64,000 nucleotides of DNA from Eledone cirrhosa (lineage: Eukaryota), in the NCBI GenBank assembly GCA_964016885.1, contig OZ024740.1, forward strand, positions 110,112,001-110,176,000, given 5' to 3'. The notes beneath the pieces are model-generated. The model made no database searches. It worked only from the letters and a program-made list of their open reading frames with translations, and was not told where the DNA came from. Positions within the stretch are counted from its first letter, which is position 1, and every line of letters begins with the position of its first letter. A program made the translations under genes and the position numbers. Shown piece by piece: positions 37,764 through 51,044 of the stretch.

Positions 37764-39659
37764 GTTGTATGGAAAATGCATGTGCGACTTATATACGAAT
37801 TTATACGGCATATTTTTCACCAAATAATTCTATTTATTGAATTGTTCTATTCTATAGCAATGGAGTTGGCTTGGCATGGGCCTTCGTCGGTCTTGACGAT
37901 GAGTGTTCCAGTTGTTAACGGAACAGCCTGCTCATGAAAGTACCATGCAAGAGGCTGAGTATTCTACAAACATGTATTCCCATGTAGAATCATTGTGACA
38001 CAACATGACAAGATTGGATCTTTAAATTGCAGGTACAATAAATTCAATGCACTTCCTCAGTTTCCGTCCATCCAATTTAACTCAAAAGGCTTGGGCCGAC
38101 CCACAGCTTCAGTAAAGACACTTGCCTAAGATTCCACGTAGTGGTATCGAACGCGCGACTTCATGACTGCCGCTACCTACAAAGCATACAAAACCTCAAT
38201 TCTAATTAGGTGTAGAGTCTGTCACCCTCTCCCTTCCTTTCTTTCGTTGCCTAATTAACCTTGCCCTTTTCCTCCTTTCCCTCCCATAGTCTTTTACAAT
38301 GCTACTTTCTTTTTCTTTATATTTGACTAAATTTTAAATTATTTACTCTCAAGTCTCGAATAATCGTTCCCCCACCCCGACCCGTTTATCAATTTTAAAG
38401 ATTTGTTCAATCACCCCCGTTTTATTGCAACCCCTCTCCCGCTTATTATTTTTTTCTAATCTATCTCCAGCAAAATTTTATTGTATGTGATTCATATCGC
38501 TACAGCAGCTGGAGAATCTTGTAATGTTATTTTACATTAAAAAAACATATATGACAAAAAAGAACATTGCAAGAAATCCCATATTTACAAACGTGCACTA
38601 TTCAATTACTGATTTCCGAGCCACCCATTTATAAGAATTTAAGCCGATGCCCACCCACCACCTCCATTTATTTGGGACCCGAGAGAAATTTCATCCTAAG
38701 AAATAAAAAGTTATAAATTTCGTTTATAGACTAAAAAAAAATGATACATTGTAAACTTTGCATATAAAATGGAAGCGCGACATACATGAACCTATTCGGT
38801 AGGTTTTCATATCGAATAATAATTCTATTGTATTTTCATAACCAAAGAGATTTTTATATTTTCAAATATCATTTTAGAAAAATTATCAGGAACAGTACAT
38901 AGTCGAATCTAAGGGAAATAACTCATTAAATGTTTTCTCCCTTGAATTTATTTATCCTTTTACTTATATAGTATATATCCTTCGTCTGCTGCTTCTTTTT
39001 CTTCTTCTTCTTGTTACGAGAGTCATGGGGCGGAGTCTTCAAACGCCCCTTCCAGTGGATCCTGTCAGAAACAACCGTCTTCAATTGATCCGGCACGATT
39101 ACCAAGCGAAACCAGCGGAGCTCATGGATGTTATCGAATCATCTTGCTCGGGTCTCCTACCGGTTGATTTTGCACGTAAAATCTGCCAGAATGACTCCTT
39201 GGTTCAATCAAATAGTCAAAGAGGGGGCTTACAAAGTTTGGTTGTGTTTTATCCCTAGGTGTGTCCTGATAGAGCAACCCATGACCAAAGACGCTCTTGC
39301 CGCGACTACTCGAGTCTTTCTGTAAGACGCAGTGTATCTAAGACCACATTCATTATTCTTACAAGTTAGAAGATTGTGATTTGAGGTTGTCATCATTTAG
39401 CTCAAGGTCGGTCCTGTGTCAATAGAACCAAGGTTGACAATTTTGTGCGAACCGAAATAGATTCGATACATTTTAGTTTGTAGCGCATAGATTTCAGATT
39501 TTGCCTGACCGTACAATTTTAGCTCTTTCGTATTATAGTTTAGAATGTAAACAAGAGGATTGACGTATGAAGCATTAAGAAAGCTTGAACATTGAAATGT
39601 GCGCGTCCCAACGCAATGACCATAATAATAGTAAAAAAAAATCAGGTATTTCTGTTGAT

Positions 39660-40095
39660 AGAAAAATGTAGACAGAAGAACTAAAGCAAGTGGTGAAATT
39701 CAAGTATCTTGGGGCCGTGTTCACGAGTGATGGAAGGCAGGAGGTGGGTAAAAGCCAAACGCACTAGCTTCAATTCAGTATTTGTGCCAACCCTTACCTA
39801 TGGTAATGAATGTTGGGTAATAACTGAAAGAATACGATCGCGAATACAAGCGGCCGAAATGAGGTTCCTCCGAAAGGTCTTTGGAGTAACATTTCTCGAT
39901 AGTGTGCGTAGCTCGGAGACCAGAGATTAGCTCCAGGTAGAACCGCTATTTCTCCGAATTAAGAGATCACTGCTCCAATATTATGGGCCGTGGTTATAAA
40001 GTCTCAGGAAAGAGTTGGACAGATTTTACGGACCAAACCAACAGGCCGGAAACCCAGAGGTAGATTCCGAGCAAGATAACTGGATGACATCATAC
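39660..40095 (+). mobile_element. RTE-clade LINE RT C-terminal fragment
   Basis: KFKYLG...FVPTLTYGNECW...IQAAEMRFLRKV...GRKPRGR, with stops and frameshifts. Confidence 0.8.
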
Positions 40096-40660
40096 GTATG
40101 ATCCCGAGCTGCAGCAATTTCTCCGCAGGGAGGCGGTGAGGGCGTGAAAACACAGGAGCACCAGATGTTTCAATGTAGTGTTTTGTTGAGTGAGTAGGTT
40201 TACTCATCACAAAATTTAAATTGGTCAATTCTAGGAAGGAATGTAACAGCGCCTGAAAAGGATCTTCTGAAGCGACGATAAAGAAAACCGGGCTGATAGA
40301 CGAGACAGTCGATCTCATACCCGGGACGGACAGTTCCATGTCCGCATCCAACAACCGGCGTCTGCGCATATCCACTAAAAGGTAATAGTGGTGCAGGAAA
40401 TCCGAGCCTAGAATAGGGTAAGGCAGATCGGCGACAGTGAATATCCACGTGAAATCTCTGCGCAATTCCAGGTTCAAAGAACGAGAAATTTGACCATACG
40501 TGGGGATCGGTAAATGATTTACAGCTTGCAGAGATATGGGTGAAAGTGGTGGCTTCTCTTTGAGAAGTTTTAACGGTCATATGCTGCAAGCGGCACCTGT
40601 GTCAACCAAACAACGTGCTTTGGAATCCGTGTCTGTTATGAAGAACGCACGATTATTTGG
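40096..40660 (-). mobile_element. Ty3/Gypsy pol relic (protease region)
   Basis: LVDTGAACS aspartic protease motif, then FTWIFTVADLPYPILGSDFLHHYYLLVD...TKHYIETSGAPVFSRPHRL. Confidence 0.85.
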
Positions 40661-42410
40661 GAGCGTCTTTCGTTGTAAGAAGAAAAAAAAATGTTTCCCT
40701 ATATTTTTCAAAAAGGCGTTGCCTTTAAATCAAATTGGCTGGCAAACAAAAGCAGAAGACGTATAATGGCCATTCGTAACGCTCCGGAATACAGGCAAAT
40801 TTTTGAGATTGCGTCACCCAATCAGAATCCAGGAGGATTTATGTGCAAAATTCAAATTTTGAGACGCAGTGAAAAAAAAAATTATAACGCACGATGTTGT
40901 GTACATGGAATAATTTACCGATAATTTTTTTTTTTTTTTGTTAATAATGCATTTCGATGTAATACATGTCGATGCAAAATGTGTTTGTGCATGCAGGCAA
41001 ATGATACAGTAAAGATCAATGTTCATATACAACCTTAAAAATATAATAATAATGAAATAATTGTTCTAAACAACAAAACGTTCAGTTTTTCTCTTCTTTG
41101 TGACAGTGTTCTTTCTTTTATATCTGTTGTACAAAAATGCTATCATTACTAGCTAGGAAGCTAGAAGTGTTCTGTTATTGTTGAAGATGACAAAACAATT
41201 TGAAGTGAAGTTTAAGAAAAGCTCTGTAGATGTGATATCAGAAACTACTTGTTTGTTTCTTGTCGGTTTGCGAATATGATTTGTTGCATGTTCGTTCAAG
41301 TCGGCAGGTCACCATTTATAATGAAGATTATTTGTCGCTGCAAGTGTTAGTAGATTCAGAAGGCATAAAATAACGACGAAATCCATTATAAATATGTAAT
41401 TCCATTTATTCGTGGTATAAGCAGGGAATTCGTATAACGACAAGAAAAGGTTGATCTGTATCGAAGAATTGGCGTGTTGACGCGAGCAAGTATTTCCGAA
41501 GACTCAATTCTCTTTGAGTTCACTTACGTTATCTGGTCTAAGTAGTCCAGAAACTCGTATCACTCCGCCGAAGGTTTTGATTGGCTCACACTTCACCAAT
41601 TTACCTCCGTAACATAATTCTTCCGAAGAAGGAAAATACATTTAATTACAAAGTAAGTATATATTTATTTACTGCTACAGTGTCAAATAAGTGGACAGCG
41701 TGGCTGTTTGTGTATTGATGTTGATGGTCGGACTAACTACAAGAAAACCTAGTAACATGTCAGACTGTTGTAGCATGTGTTGATCACACATTTGATCTAG
41801 GTGACTGATCACTTAGTGTTGTTATTTCGTAGAGGTTTCACACTCTCATTATTGTGTTGAATAATGTTTGTTATTTTTACGTTCGACAGACGTTGCTTGT
41901 TGGCGCAATCGTTTGGCTATGAAATAATTTAGCTCTGGCTGAAGCTCCTTCCAGTGTAGCTTCATTCTGTTTATATACCCAACAGTATATCTTTTTTTTT
42001 TACTTTATAACAATTAAATAGATCGTTATTGAGTTCGTACCTTCAAGAAAAATGCTATTTATAGTTACAGTTCCTTCTGTAACTACAATTAGAAAGATTC
42101 TATTTACCTTTCTCGCTGTTGATTTTCTTCGATTTTTCACTAGTGTTGTTGATGTTGACGAGTCCAGCCATGCTGTTTGTAGCAAATCTTTGTGAGCAGA
42201 GAATTCAATTTTTAGACGGATATCTCTACAATTTCGAATAAAATGTGTCTTAAATGAATATCATTAAAAGAATATCAAGTTATTTAACAAAGCTGGTAGT
42301 TGTGGCATTACTGTTGGAGATAGTATTCATCTTAAATTTAATAAATAGTCTCCCACGCCATGCGTGCGACTTCTCCCGGCAAGTATCTCACATGTGTGCA
42401 TGTATGTACG

Positions 42411-42447
<37 letters not shown>

Positions 42448-42459
42448 GTGTGTATAGGT

Positions 42460-42530
42460 AGAGGCGCGTTGCTTAGTGATTAAGGTGTTAGTTTACGATC
42501 ATTATGTCGCGGGTTCGATTCCCTCACGAT
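42460..42530 (+). mobile_element. tRNA-derived SINE head
   Basis: A-box-like TTGCTTAGTGATT and B box GGTTCGATTCC. Does not fold into a complete cloverleaf. Confidence 0.55.
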
Positions 42531-42716
42531 GTTCCGGTATTTCATTTGCAATATTACTTTTCACAAGAAAGAGGTTGGTAAGATGCAAGTAAGCAGGAAA
42601 ACTCACGGGCATCTTTCAACAAAATTACAGATAAATAAATAAAATTATTATGATGTGAAACCGACAGTAGGATGTAAAATGTGCAACATACACACGCGCG
42701 CACACACACTCACACT

Positions 42717-42747
<31 letters not shown>

Positions 42748-43669
42748 TATATACATATATATATATACTTACGGTAAATATTGATGCAATTCAATTCAAG
42801 CACTCAACGTACTTTTTCCACATAGGAAAGACGGAGTATATTTAGAATAAGAAAATGCGAAGTAGTTTCAGATGTTAAAGTCCTTTATTGATAAGGCTGT
42901 GATACATATTTCAATGATAACAGTGGCTACGCGATTCTGACAGCTTCTTACATAATACGGTTACGTTCTCGAGGCATTCCAAATTAAAACAAGGGAACGG
43001 ACAAAGATGATGTCCTTGAAGCCTTCACCCGTTCCCTTGTGAGCACTTATATAAAATGTCAAACACAGATACAAAACAATTAGACTTATTAGTTTACCGC
43101 TTTGGAGGAAAGAGAGAAAAAGTCCGATGACACACACATACATCGTTTCACGTTCTCCTGTCACGAAAGAAATTCTGTGATTCGTTACATTGTGTGTTCA
43201 TAGTAAAGCGGCTATGGAGTATCATAGAGTGATTAAATAAAAAAAAAACTGTTTTATTCGAAAATCGGTACGAGTCCGAATTTCTTTGACGGTGCCATGC
43301 TGGACTGCTTCAATCATTCCTCTGCTGGGGAGTCCACATTTTGCAGCGGACAAACGTTGTTCTAACAAAATAACTATACTGTATATATGTCGGTGTGAGT
43401 TCGTATTAAGAATGTTGTGTTCTCTTTGCATACGTTTGTATATATCGATATACACATTTGTATATACCTATGTATACATTTGTATATAGTGATAGATATC
43501 AACTTGTATTGTATGGTATGCTCCCGTAACTCCCAATTGAGTCGTAGGGGTGCTGTAGTGTTATAAGACGTAATGGGGGCATTTTAAGCCTGGCGGGCCC
43601 ATCTCCTGTCTGGGTCTGGACATAGCAGATTTCTCCCAGAGAAGGATAGAAAGTGAGTGAGAGATATAG

Positions 43670-43832
43670 AAGAAGAATCGACCCCAGCACTAGACTGGTA
43701 TACTTTTTATCGACCTCGAAAGGATTAAATGCAAAGTTGACCTCGGCTCGATTTGAACTCAGAGAGCAAAGAACCGGACCGACTGCCACAAAACATTCTA
43801 TCCAATGTTCTAACGACTCTACCAATTTGCTG
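43670..43832 (-). mobile_element. SINE
   Basis: Reverse complement of the 32808-32990 family (ctggtatactttttatcgacc...aaagttgacctcggc...atttgaactcag). Confidence 0.7.
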
Positions 43833-43958
43833 CCTTTTATACACTAGAGCCCTTGCCATATCTTTCTTTTTCCGTTTTTTAAAAATATTTTCTTATTTTA
43901 CATTCCATTCTTTCTTCTCAATCTAAATTTTCTTTTTTCTTTTTGTATTAAATTGTAT

Positions 43959-44790
43959 TTACATGTTATCATCTAGTACAGGTAATTGATGGTAACCTCG
44001 GTTGGGGTAGATTTTGGAGAAAATCGAGCACCCTGCTAACTGAACCGAGAAGCCTTGTATGTGTAGAGTGGAGTAGCAGTAGGGTGAGGTACTGTTGTTA
44101 AGACGGCGATAATCCCTGCTGGGTCGCCAAGCTTTATTGGTTTTTGGCGCTTCGTATAGAGGTGAAGACCAGGGACGGTTTGATCGATGAACGATGCCCA
44201 AAGCTTCCATATTGTCAAATTTGACCTTCACAATAGCAAATTTGTCTGGTGGAAGACGACATACACGGTTGTGTACTGAAGAACTGATGGTTGGAATGTA
44301 GTGCTTTACTCTGGGGTGAGTTGTGGATTGGGAGATGTCATGATAACGAGTTTCAGGTAATTCAAAAGGAATTCCGAGATTTCGTTCTTGGTCTCAGAGA
44401 CGTTTGATATATGAAAAGTCACACGTGTAGATGTTGCCAGAGAAATAGAGGCATACTTACTGCTATTGACGAGTCGTAGTCGTCTCTCCAGATTATTACC
44501 AGCAGTGAGTGAACCCGAAGGAAGTCTGCCCCAATGATAGGCTGATGGGCATCAGCGACGGTGAATGTCCATGTATATTACTGTGAGCCTCTGTGGAAGG
44601 AGAGAGAGTATGGTATCTGTAAGCTTTGATTGTAGAATCATTGGCAGCTGCCACTGACTCCCTCTCTATAACGGAGGTCGTTTGCAGATGCCGGGATGAC
44701 ATTGACTTCTACTTCTGTGTCGATTAAGAATCTGACTGGAGATCTATCATAGACATATAGTACAGTTGATCATGTTTGCCGACCACCAGG
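43959..44790 (-). mobile_element. Ty3/Gypsy pol relic (protease and start of RT)
   Basis: FLIDT protease-like motif, then GIVHRSNRPWSSPL...WRPSRDYRRLN...IFSKI...GYHQLPV. Confidence 0.82.
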
Positions 44791-44869
44791 GTGTTTATTG
44801 GTGGTTGGTCCTAGAGTTTCTCCCTAATTATTATGTGTCCAGCGATTCTTTACTGAGACATTCTAACCA

Positions 44870-45270
44870 CATGCTCATAATATCGGAGTTGTGATCTCTC
44901 AATTCAGAGAAGTAGCGGCTCTACCAGGAGTGACTCTCTGGTCTTTGAGTTATGAACTTTATCGAGTAATCCCATTTCTGCCACTTTTATTTGCAATTGT
45001 ATTCGTTTGGTCATTACTCAGGATTCATGATCCTCAGTAAGAGTTGGCAGGAATACCAGGAAGACAGCGAGTTTGGCTTTTACACTTACCCCCTTCATCT
45101 GATTTCTGAGGCTGGCGCATTACTGCATCAGCTTTTGCAATTCTTGCACTTAATTCAGCCTCCTGCATTCCATCACCCATGAACACGGCTCCAAGATAAT
45201 TGAACTTCTCTAACTGCTTCAGTAGAACTCCATTCGCATGTATATAAATTTGAGGGACTTCTGTCCACCC
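44870..45270 (-). mobile_element. RTE-clade LINE fragment
   Basis: LKQLEKFNYLGAVF...ELSARIAKADAVMRQ. Confidence 0.7.
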
Positions 45271-45444
45271 GTCCATCACGCAATGTGTATGTGTGTTTGT
45301 GTGAATGTATGTGTGTGTACAAGAAAGGAAACGGATACACTCATATATATGTCTAACTTAAAAACAGTGACACACACACACGTGTCTCTAATTTAAGAAC
45401 GCCGACAAACTCACGCGTGCGCACATACACACACTGTCCTATTA

Positions 45445-46136
45445 CCACTCAAGAGCTTTGGCCTGGGCAAACATCCCCTCAATTTTGGAACCGTCTGGGT
45501 TGTCCTGAATTGATGGGAAAATACTTGACGGTCTTACTCTGTGCTCCTGGTCAAGAGGCAGGTGCCTTACCTGGGACGTCACAGTTAGTGACTCTTTTGC
45601 TTCTTCCCACATTCTGGATGCAGCAGTAAGGGAGAGAGCTACAACATCCGCAGCTGAACGGAACAAAATCCTAAAATACCTTGTTCTGTCTGCTAACTAC
45701 ATTATCCAGCCTGTGGCGTTCGAGACGTTTGGGGCAGCCGGGCTACTGACAGCGAGATTCTTATCTTCACTGGCGGCTTGCCAAACAGAGGTAACTGGTG
45801 ATGCTCGTGAGGGCACTTGATTGTTCCAGCACCTCAGCCTCGCCATCACCACAGGTAACGCTGCGAGCGTGCTGGCCTGCCTAAAAAAATATTAGAGAAG
45901 TTTCCCAATGCTCCTCGTTAGATTGCTATCTTTTGCTCTAGTAGCGGCTCGTTTAACCACTCTTTCGCCTGCATATTGTTCTGTGGCCTAAGATGTGTGT
46001 ATTACCTGCTTGTGTAATTTTTCTCTTTCTTTTTTTCCTTTCCCTTTCCTTTGTATATATTATATTCGTTAGTGTTGTCGTCCTGTAACCATTATATTAA
46101 ATGAATTAAAAAGAAAAAAGTAAATAAATAAATAAA
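45445..46136 (+). mobile_element. CRE-like (restriction-like endonuclease) non-LTR retrotransposon 3' end
   Basis: Frame with stops reads IPSILEPSGL...LDGLTL..WSRGRCLTWDVTVSD...AERNKILKY...PVAFETFG...LSLAITTGNAASVL, followed by a T-rich 3' UTR and a (TAAA)n tail. Confidence 0.78.
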
Positions 46137-47118
46137 GAGCTACTAAATACGTTATACTTCTTTTACCCTTCCATTTCCAATTTCACCGAAAGCTGCTATC
46201 ATCACTGTGTGTGTGTTGTGAAATGTATGTGTGAACGTATGTATGTTTGTGTGAAAGTATGTGTGAATGTATTTGTGTGAATGTATGTGTATTTGTGTGA
46301 ATTATGTCCGTGAGGGTGTCTTTTTATAAGTTTGTGTTTGCGCGATTATAGTTATATACTCATAATATTTATATACTTATACATATAGATGTATGTATGT
46401 GCACACTCATACGCGTTAACGTGTAAAAAATCATACTTTCTCTTTCTCTCTCATCACACACCATCTCTTTTTATATATATGGTAGTTGAAGTGGTGGTGG
46501 TGGCAACGATATACCGGAAATGCAACTTTGAAAAGAAATCAATATTAAATTATTTATTTTTACGAAATTATTTATGTTTACGAAATTTAGTACATAAATT
46601 ATGTAATATTCATTATTTATTCAAAGTAATCCAACTTATTTTACTAACTGGATTAAAAGAAATAACCCGTACACAGTCCCACGGACCTTCCTTTATTATA
46701 GTTTAGATTTGTATATATCGATAGATCATCACGAAACACATGCACTAACACATTCTTACAATCACAGGAAACTGACCGAAGGGAAGTATTTCCGCTGGTA
46801 TATATATCATACACCTACGGTCGTAGGTGTATAATATTCTTAAGGTCCCATTTCGGTCACTCGCGACACCTTCAAAGCTTTGTCACTAATTCAATTTTTG
46901 ATAGAATTGGATGTGGTTTTTTGCACTTTATAGGACCACAGATAAGCTACTTTTTGACATAAACATATTGAAATTTGGTTCAGTAGAAAAAAAGTTACAT
47001 AAAAATAAGTGAGGACCAAAAGAGTAACGCTTAGTTTCTAAGGACCATAAGTAACGCTTAGTTTGTTTCTAATTTCTAATACATTAAAATAGTGATAGAT
47101 TGTGCAATAGTGAATTGT

Positions 47119-47191
47119 GGTCAGGTAGCTCAGTCGGTAGAGCAGCGGACCGGCAATCCGAAGGTCGTGGGTTCGATTCCCACTCTGATTA
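47119..47191 (+). tRNA. tRNA-like cloverleaf, anticodon GGC (atypical; possibly pseudo-tRNA or SINE head)
   Basis: 73 nt. Acceptor GGTCAGG/TCTGATT, D arm GCTC/GAGC, anticodon arm GCGGA/TCCGA with loop CCGGCAA, T arm GTGGG-TTCGATT-CCCAC, followed by CTTTT. Confidence 0.6.
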
Positions 47192-47303
47192 CTTTTCCTA
47201 TCTGCACTTCTTCCTATCATTATTATTTATTTAACTTATTTGTTGATAAATATTTTTAATATTAATATAATATCCTTGCATTGCCTGGAAAAAAAGTGGA
47301 TTA

Positions 47304-48501
47304 CAGGGAAAAATGCGGGCGCATGTAAAGAAATATTCTTAAATTAATAAACCTAGAAAAATAAAGGACAAGTTATTACACCTGGAAAAGTAAAGGACAA
47401 GAAAACTTCTTAAAATATTGCAGCTAAAGTCTAAATTTGAAAAAAAATATTTAGATTATAAAACTAAAAATAAATAATTATAAGTTAATTGTTAAAAAAA
47501 TATCACTTTAAAGGACTGGAAAAATGACTGTCTTATAGGGAGAGTTGACTACTGTATACTTAATTTTTTTCTTGGTGTATACAAATTAATCTTTTTAAAA
47601 TAAAATTTGTACAATAATTTGTACAATAATTAATTAATAATAATAATAATAATAATTAATATGTACAATTTATTAATTTATGTTATAAGATATTTAAAAA
47701 TTTTCACTCTTAATCAAATTATATTTTTAAAAATTTAGTTATAAAATAATGCAGTAAAATAAATCAAAAACAGTGCATCATATAATTGCACTTTTTATGA
47801 GTATTACAGATTTTTTTTATAATATAGTAAAATTCAACATCTCAAGGGGAAAAATTAGGTAAAAGTCAATTCATCAATTATTCATTTATAGTGAATCAAT
47901 CAATTATAGTGAATTCGTCAATTCATTAGATGAACTGTTGAATTAGACAATGTTTAATTTTTAATTGTCGTCTAATTTTACTCTACCTAAAAATGTAGAT
48001 TGGTTATTTTGATCTGTGACGGGTCTTAAATTTCATTATTAAACAATTATAATTTGTTATTATTTATCATTACAGTTTGCTCCCTAATTAATTATTAATT
48101 AATTGTTAGTGTCATTTACACGCCAAAATTTTGTTTTATTTGATGTTTATAATTGTCACTCATTTTTTCAGTCCCATTTAGTAAAGTAAAATAAAGTATA
48201 TTTATTTAATGACCCAACCACTATGGTGTAAATTAGGATCACAAAATTAAATAAATGATCATAAATTAGTATTATTATCAATTAGAGAGTCAACTGTATT
48301 ATTAGAATTTATCACTTTCTATGTATATTTAAATCAAATATTTTTTATTATTCAAATTTATACTATAGCTGCAATATTTTAAGAAGTTTTAAGAAGAAGT
48401 TTTCTTGTCCTTTACTTTTCCAGGTGTAATAACTTGTCCTTTACTTTTCTAGGTTTATTAATTTAAGAATATTTCTTTACATGCGCCCGCATTTTTCCCT
48501 G
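47304..48501. mobile_element. Tc1/mariner-like non-autonomous element with long TIRs
   Basis: TA|CAGGGAAAAATGCGGGCGCATG...CATGCGCCCGCATTTTTCCCTG|TA, ~125-bp near-perfect TIRs, very AT-rich interior. Confidence 0.85.
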
Positions 48502-48745
48502 TAATATATATATATATATATATTTAAAAGAATAGAGGTGTAACACACGAGTTGTGATATATTGGTAAAAGGAAAAGAAAATGCTGACAAATTGTTCCCA
48601 GTGAAAAATAGTTTAATTAGGAATAAGTAAAAATTAGTAATAAGTATTGGTTAGTATTCAGTTTTAGTTTTAAGTTTTTACCGGTTGCGCATTTCTAATG
48701 CTTTTCAAAAATAATTTTAAGATAGAGCGCCCGTGATGTTTGCTC

Positions 48746-48784
<39 letters not shown>

Positions 48785-48809
48785 TATATAAATATATAAA
48801 TATATATAA

Positions 48810-48841
<32 letters not shown>

Positions 48842-48960
48842 TAATAAGAGGAATTCCAACTTTGTCTGATTTACTCGTTTTATTTACAATCCTTTAAAAT
48901 ATATATAATATGGTATTATAATGAAATAGTATGATAGAATATTAAATTCTAAGTGTTAAT

Positions 48961-48999
48961 TGAACAAGTACTTTCATGCTTTCGCAATCTTCAGGTTCA
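48961..48999 (-). ncRNA. Minimal type I hammerhead ribozyme (Penelope terminal repeat)
   Basis: Reverse complement of 51006-51044: UGAAC CUGAAGA uUGC-GAAA-GCAu GAAA GUAC UU GUUCA. Confidence 0.75.
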
Positions 49000-49373
49000 T
49001 GATATGTGGTGACAGTCGAGTTTGCAATTTTCAACTGTAATGAGATGGGTAAATTTACTACCTTTTATACATTTTATACAGAGAAAAGTGGCTCCAGAAT
49101 GCAAAGCCCTGTAAACTGTATTTCGACCAATCAGTGTATAGTTTCACTGAATTACTACAGCTGATTGGTTTAAGCGTCACGGCTGGTTGAGCATGCTAAC
49201 GGCCAATAGTCATACTCAACGTATCAATTGTTTTGCTTTTTGAAATGATGAAAATAGCATTTTCTATTAATCATCACCATCAACATCACTTTTATTATTA
49301 TTATTATTGTTGTTGTTGTTGTTGTTAGTGGTCGTGGTCATAGTGGTAGTAGAAGTAATACCCCTAGGCGTTA

Positions 49374-50690
49374 TTATTGTTCATTTAGCTTGGGTTTGAA
49401 TTTATCAATAAAATTCTTTTCTTTGATTTTTCTCTTGATTTCACTTGGGCTGTGTAATTTGTAGAATGGGAATATTATAAATATTCCCTGACCACATGTT
49501 GCCAGGTGGCCGCTTAGGGGTATCTGACGGACATTTGGGTCTCTGATTTGTTGACGGTGTACCCGTGCACATTCCGATAGTGCATTTCCAGTTTGACCGA
49601 CATATAGTTCTTCACAATTCGGGCATTTAATGCAGTAAATTAGATTTCTGCTTTTGCAGTTCATATTTGCATTTGGGAATATTTTTCCAGTTTTTGTTTT
49701 CATATATTGACCGGCGTGTATGGATTGACATGTGCCGCATCGATTATCATTGCATTTAGATACAGTGAATGATTGGTCTTTGTTGTTAAGGTCAAACTTT
49801 GCTTTTGTTAGCAATTGCTTCAAATTTTTTGGCTGTCTTTTACTAAGAGTCAAAGATCGATCTGTGATTAAGCCTTTTAATTCATTACTTTAAGCAATGA
49901 TCGGTAGGTTTGCTTTGGCAGTGTTGAATATATTCTGGTGACATGGGTTGTGTGTCATTATAAATGGTATGACCAGTTCTTGGTTTCTTCTTCCTTGGGT
50001 TGTTCTAAGTTGTTGTATAGGTATTTTTATAGCCCTTTTCTATAAGTATGCCATTTTCTATAAGTAGAGATGGGTATTTTTGTTTGAGCAAAAATTCTCT
50101 TAGTTCTGTTAGGCGTTTGTACCTGGTATTCGTATCTTCTACAATGGTACAAATTCTTCTGGCTAGGCAGTATGGGATGTTGCGTTTTGTATGAGGTGGA
50201 TGGCACGACTTAAAATTCAGATATTGATGGGTGTCTGTGTGTTTATAATATATATCCGTGGTAATGGTGGTGTCGTTTTTGATTATCATTATATCTAGGA
50301 ATGGTAATTTGGTCCTACTCATCTCTTTTGTGAATTGGAGAGATGGGTGTAGGTTATTCAGGAGGATATTGAACTCATCCAGAGTATCTAGAGATTCTGT
50401 CCAGATGATGAAACAGTCGTCAAGGTATCTCTTCCAAGATTTTTCAATGTACTTTCTAAAGTCAGTACTATATTTTTCCTCTATTTCTTGGTAGAGTTGT
50501 TGTTCTAAGTATCCCATTACAGAGTTCGCGTAAACGGGAGCAAACTTCGTTCCCATCGCTGTGCCTCTAATTTGGATGTAATTCTTTCCATTGAAGAAGA
50601 AAGTGTTGTTTTCCAGAATAAGTTTAACTGCGTCTAATATAAATGGCGCTGTGAATCTAATGGGAATCATTTCTCTATGTTTTTCCACCC
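49374..50690 (-). pseudogene. Penelope-like RT plus GIY-YIG ORF (frameshifted near 50030)
   Basis: GTAMGTKFAPVYAN, WKRYLDDCF, LPFLDI, YYKHTDTHQYLNFKSCHP; then KCNDNRCGTC and NLIYCIKCPNCEELYVGQTG...RVHRQQI. Confidence 0.9.
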
Positions 50691-51005
50691 AACAACAATA
50701 ATAATAATAATAAAAGTGATGTTGATGGTGATGATTAATAGAAAATGCTATTTTCATCATTTCAAAAAGCAAAACAATTGATACGTTGGGTATGGCTATT
50801 GGTCGTTAGCATGCTCAACCAGCCGTGACGCTTAAACCAATCAGCTGTAGTAATTCAGTGAAACTACACACTGATTGGTCGAAATACAGTTTACAGGGCT
50901 TTGCATTCTGGAGCCACTTTTCTCTGTATAAAATGTATAAAAGGTAGTAAATTTACCCATCTCATTACAGTTGAAAATTGCAAACTCGACTGTCACCACA
51001 TATCA

Positions 51006-51044
51006 TGAACCTGAAGATTGCGAAAGCATGAAAGTACTTGTTCA
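51006..51044 (+). ncRNA. Minimal type I hammerhead ribozyme (inverted Penelope terminal repeat)
   Basis: Stem I UGAAC/GUUCA, core CUGAAGA and GAAA, stem II UGC/GCA with GAAA loop, palindromic stem III AGUACU, cleavage triplet CUU. Confidence 0.75.

Noticed and set aside
50691-50772. N-terminus of the 255-aa ORF (MLFEMM...HHHQHH)
   Set aside because: Read-in from the inverted terminal repeat, not part of the RT.
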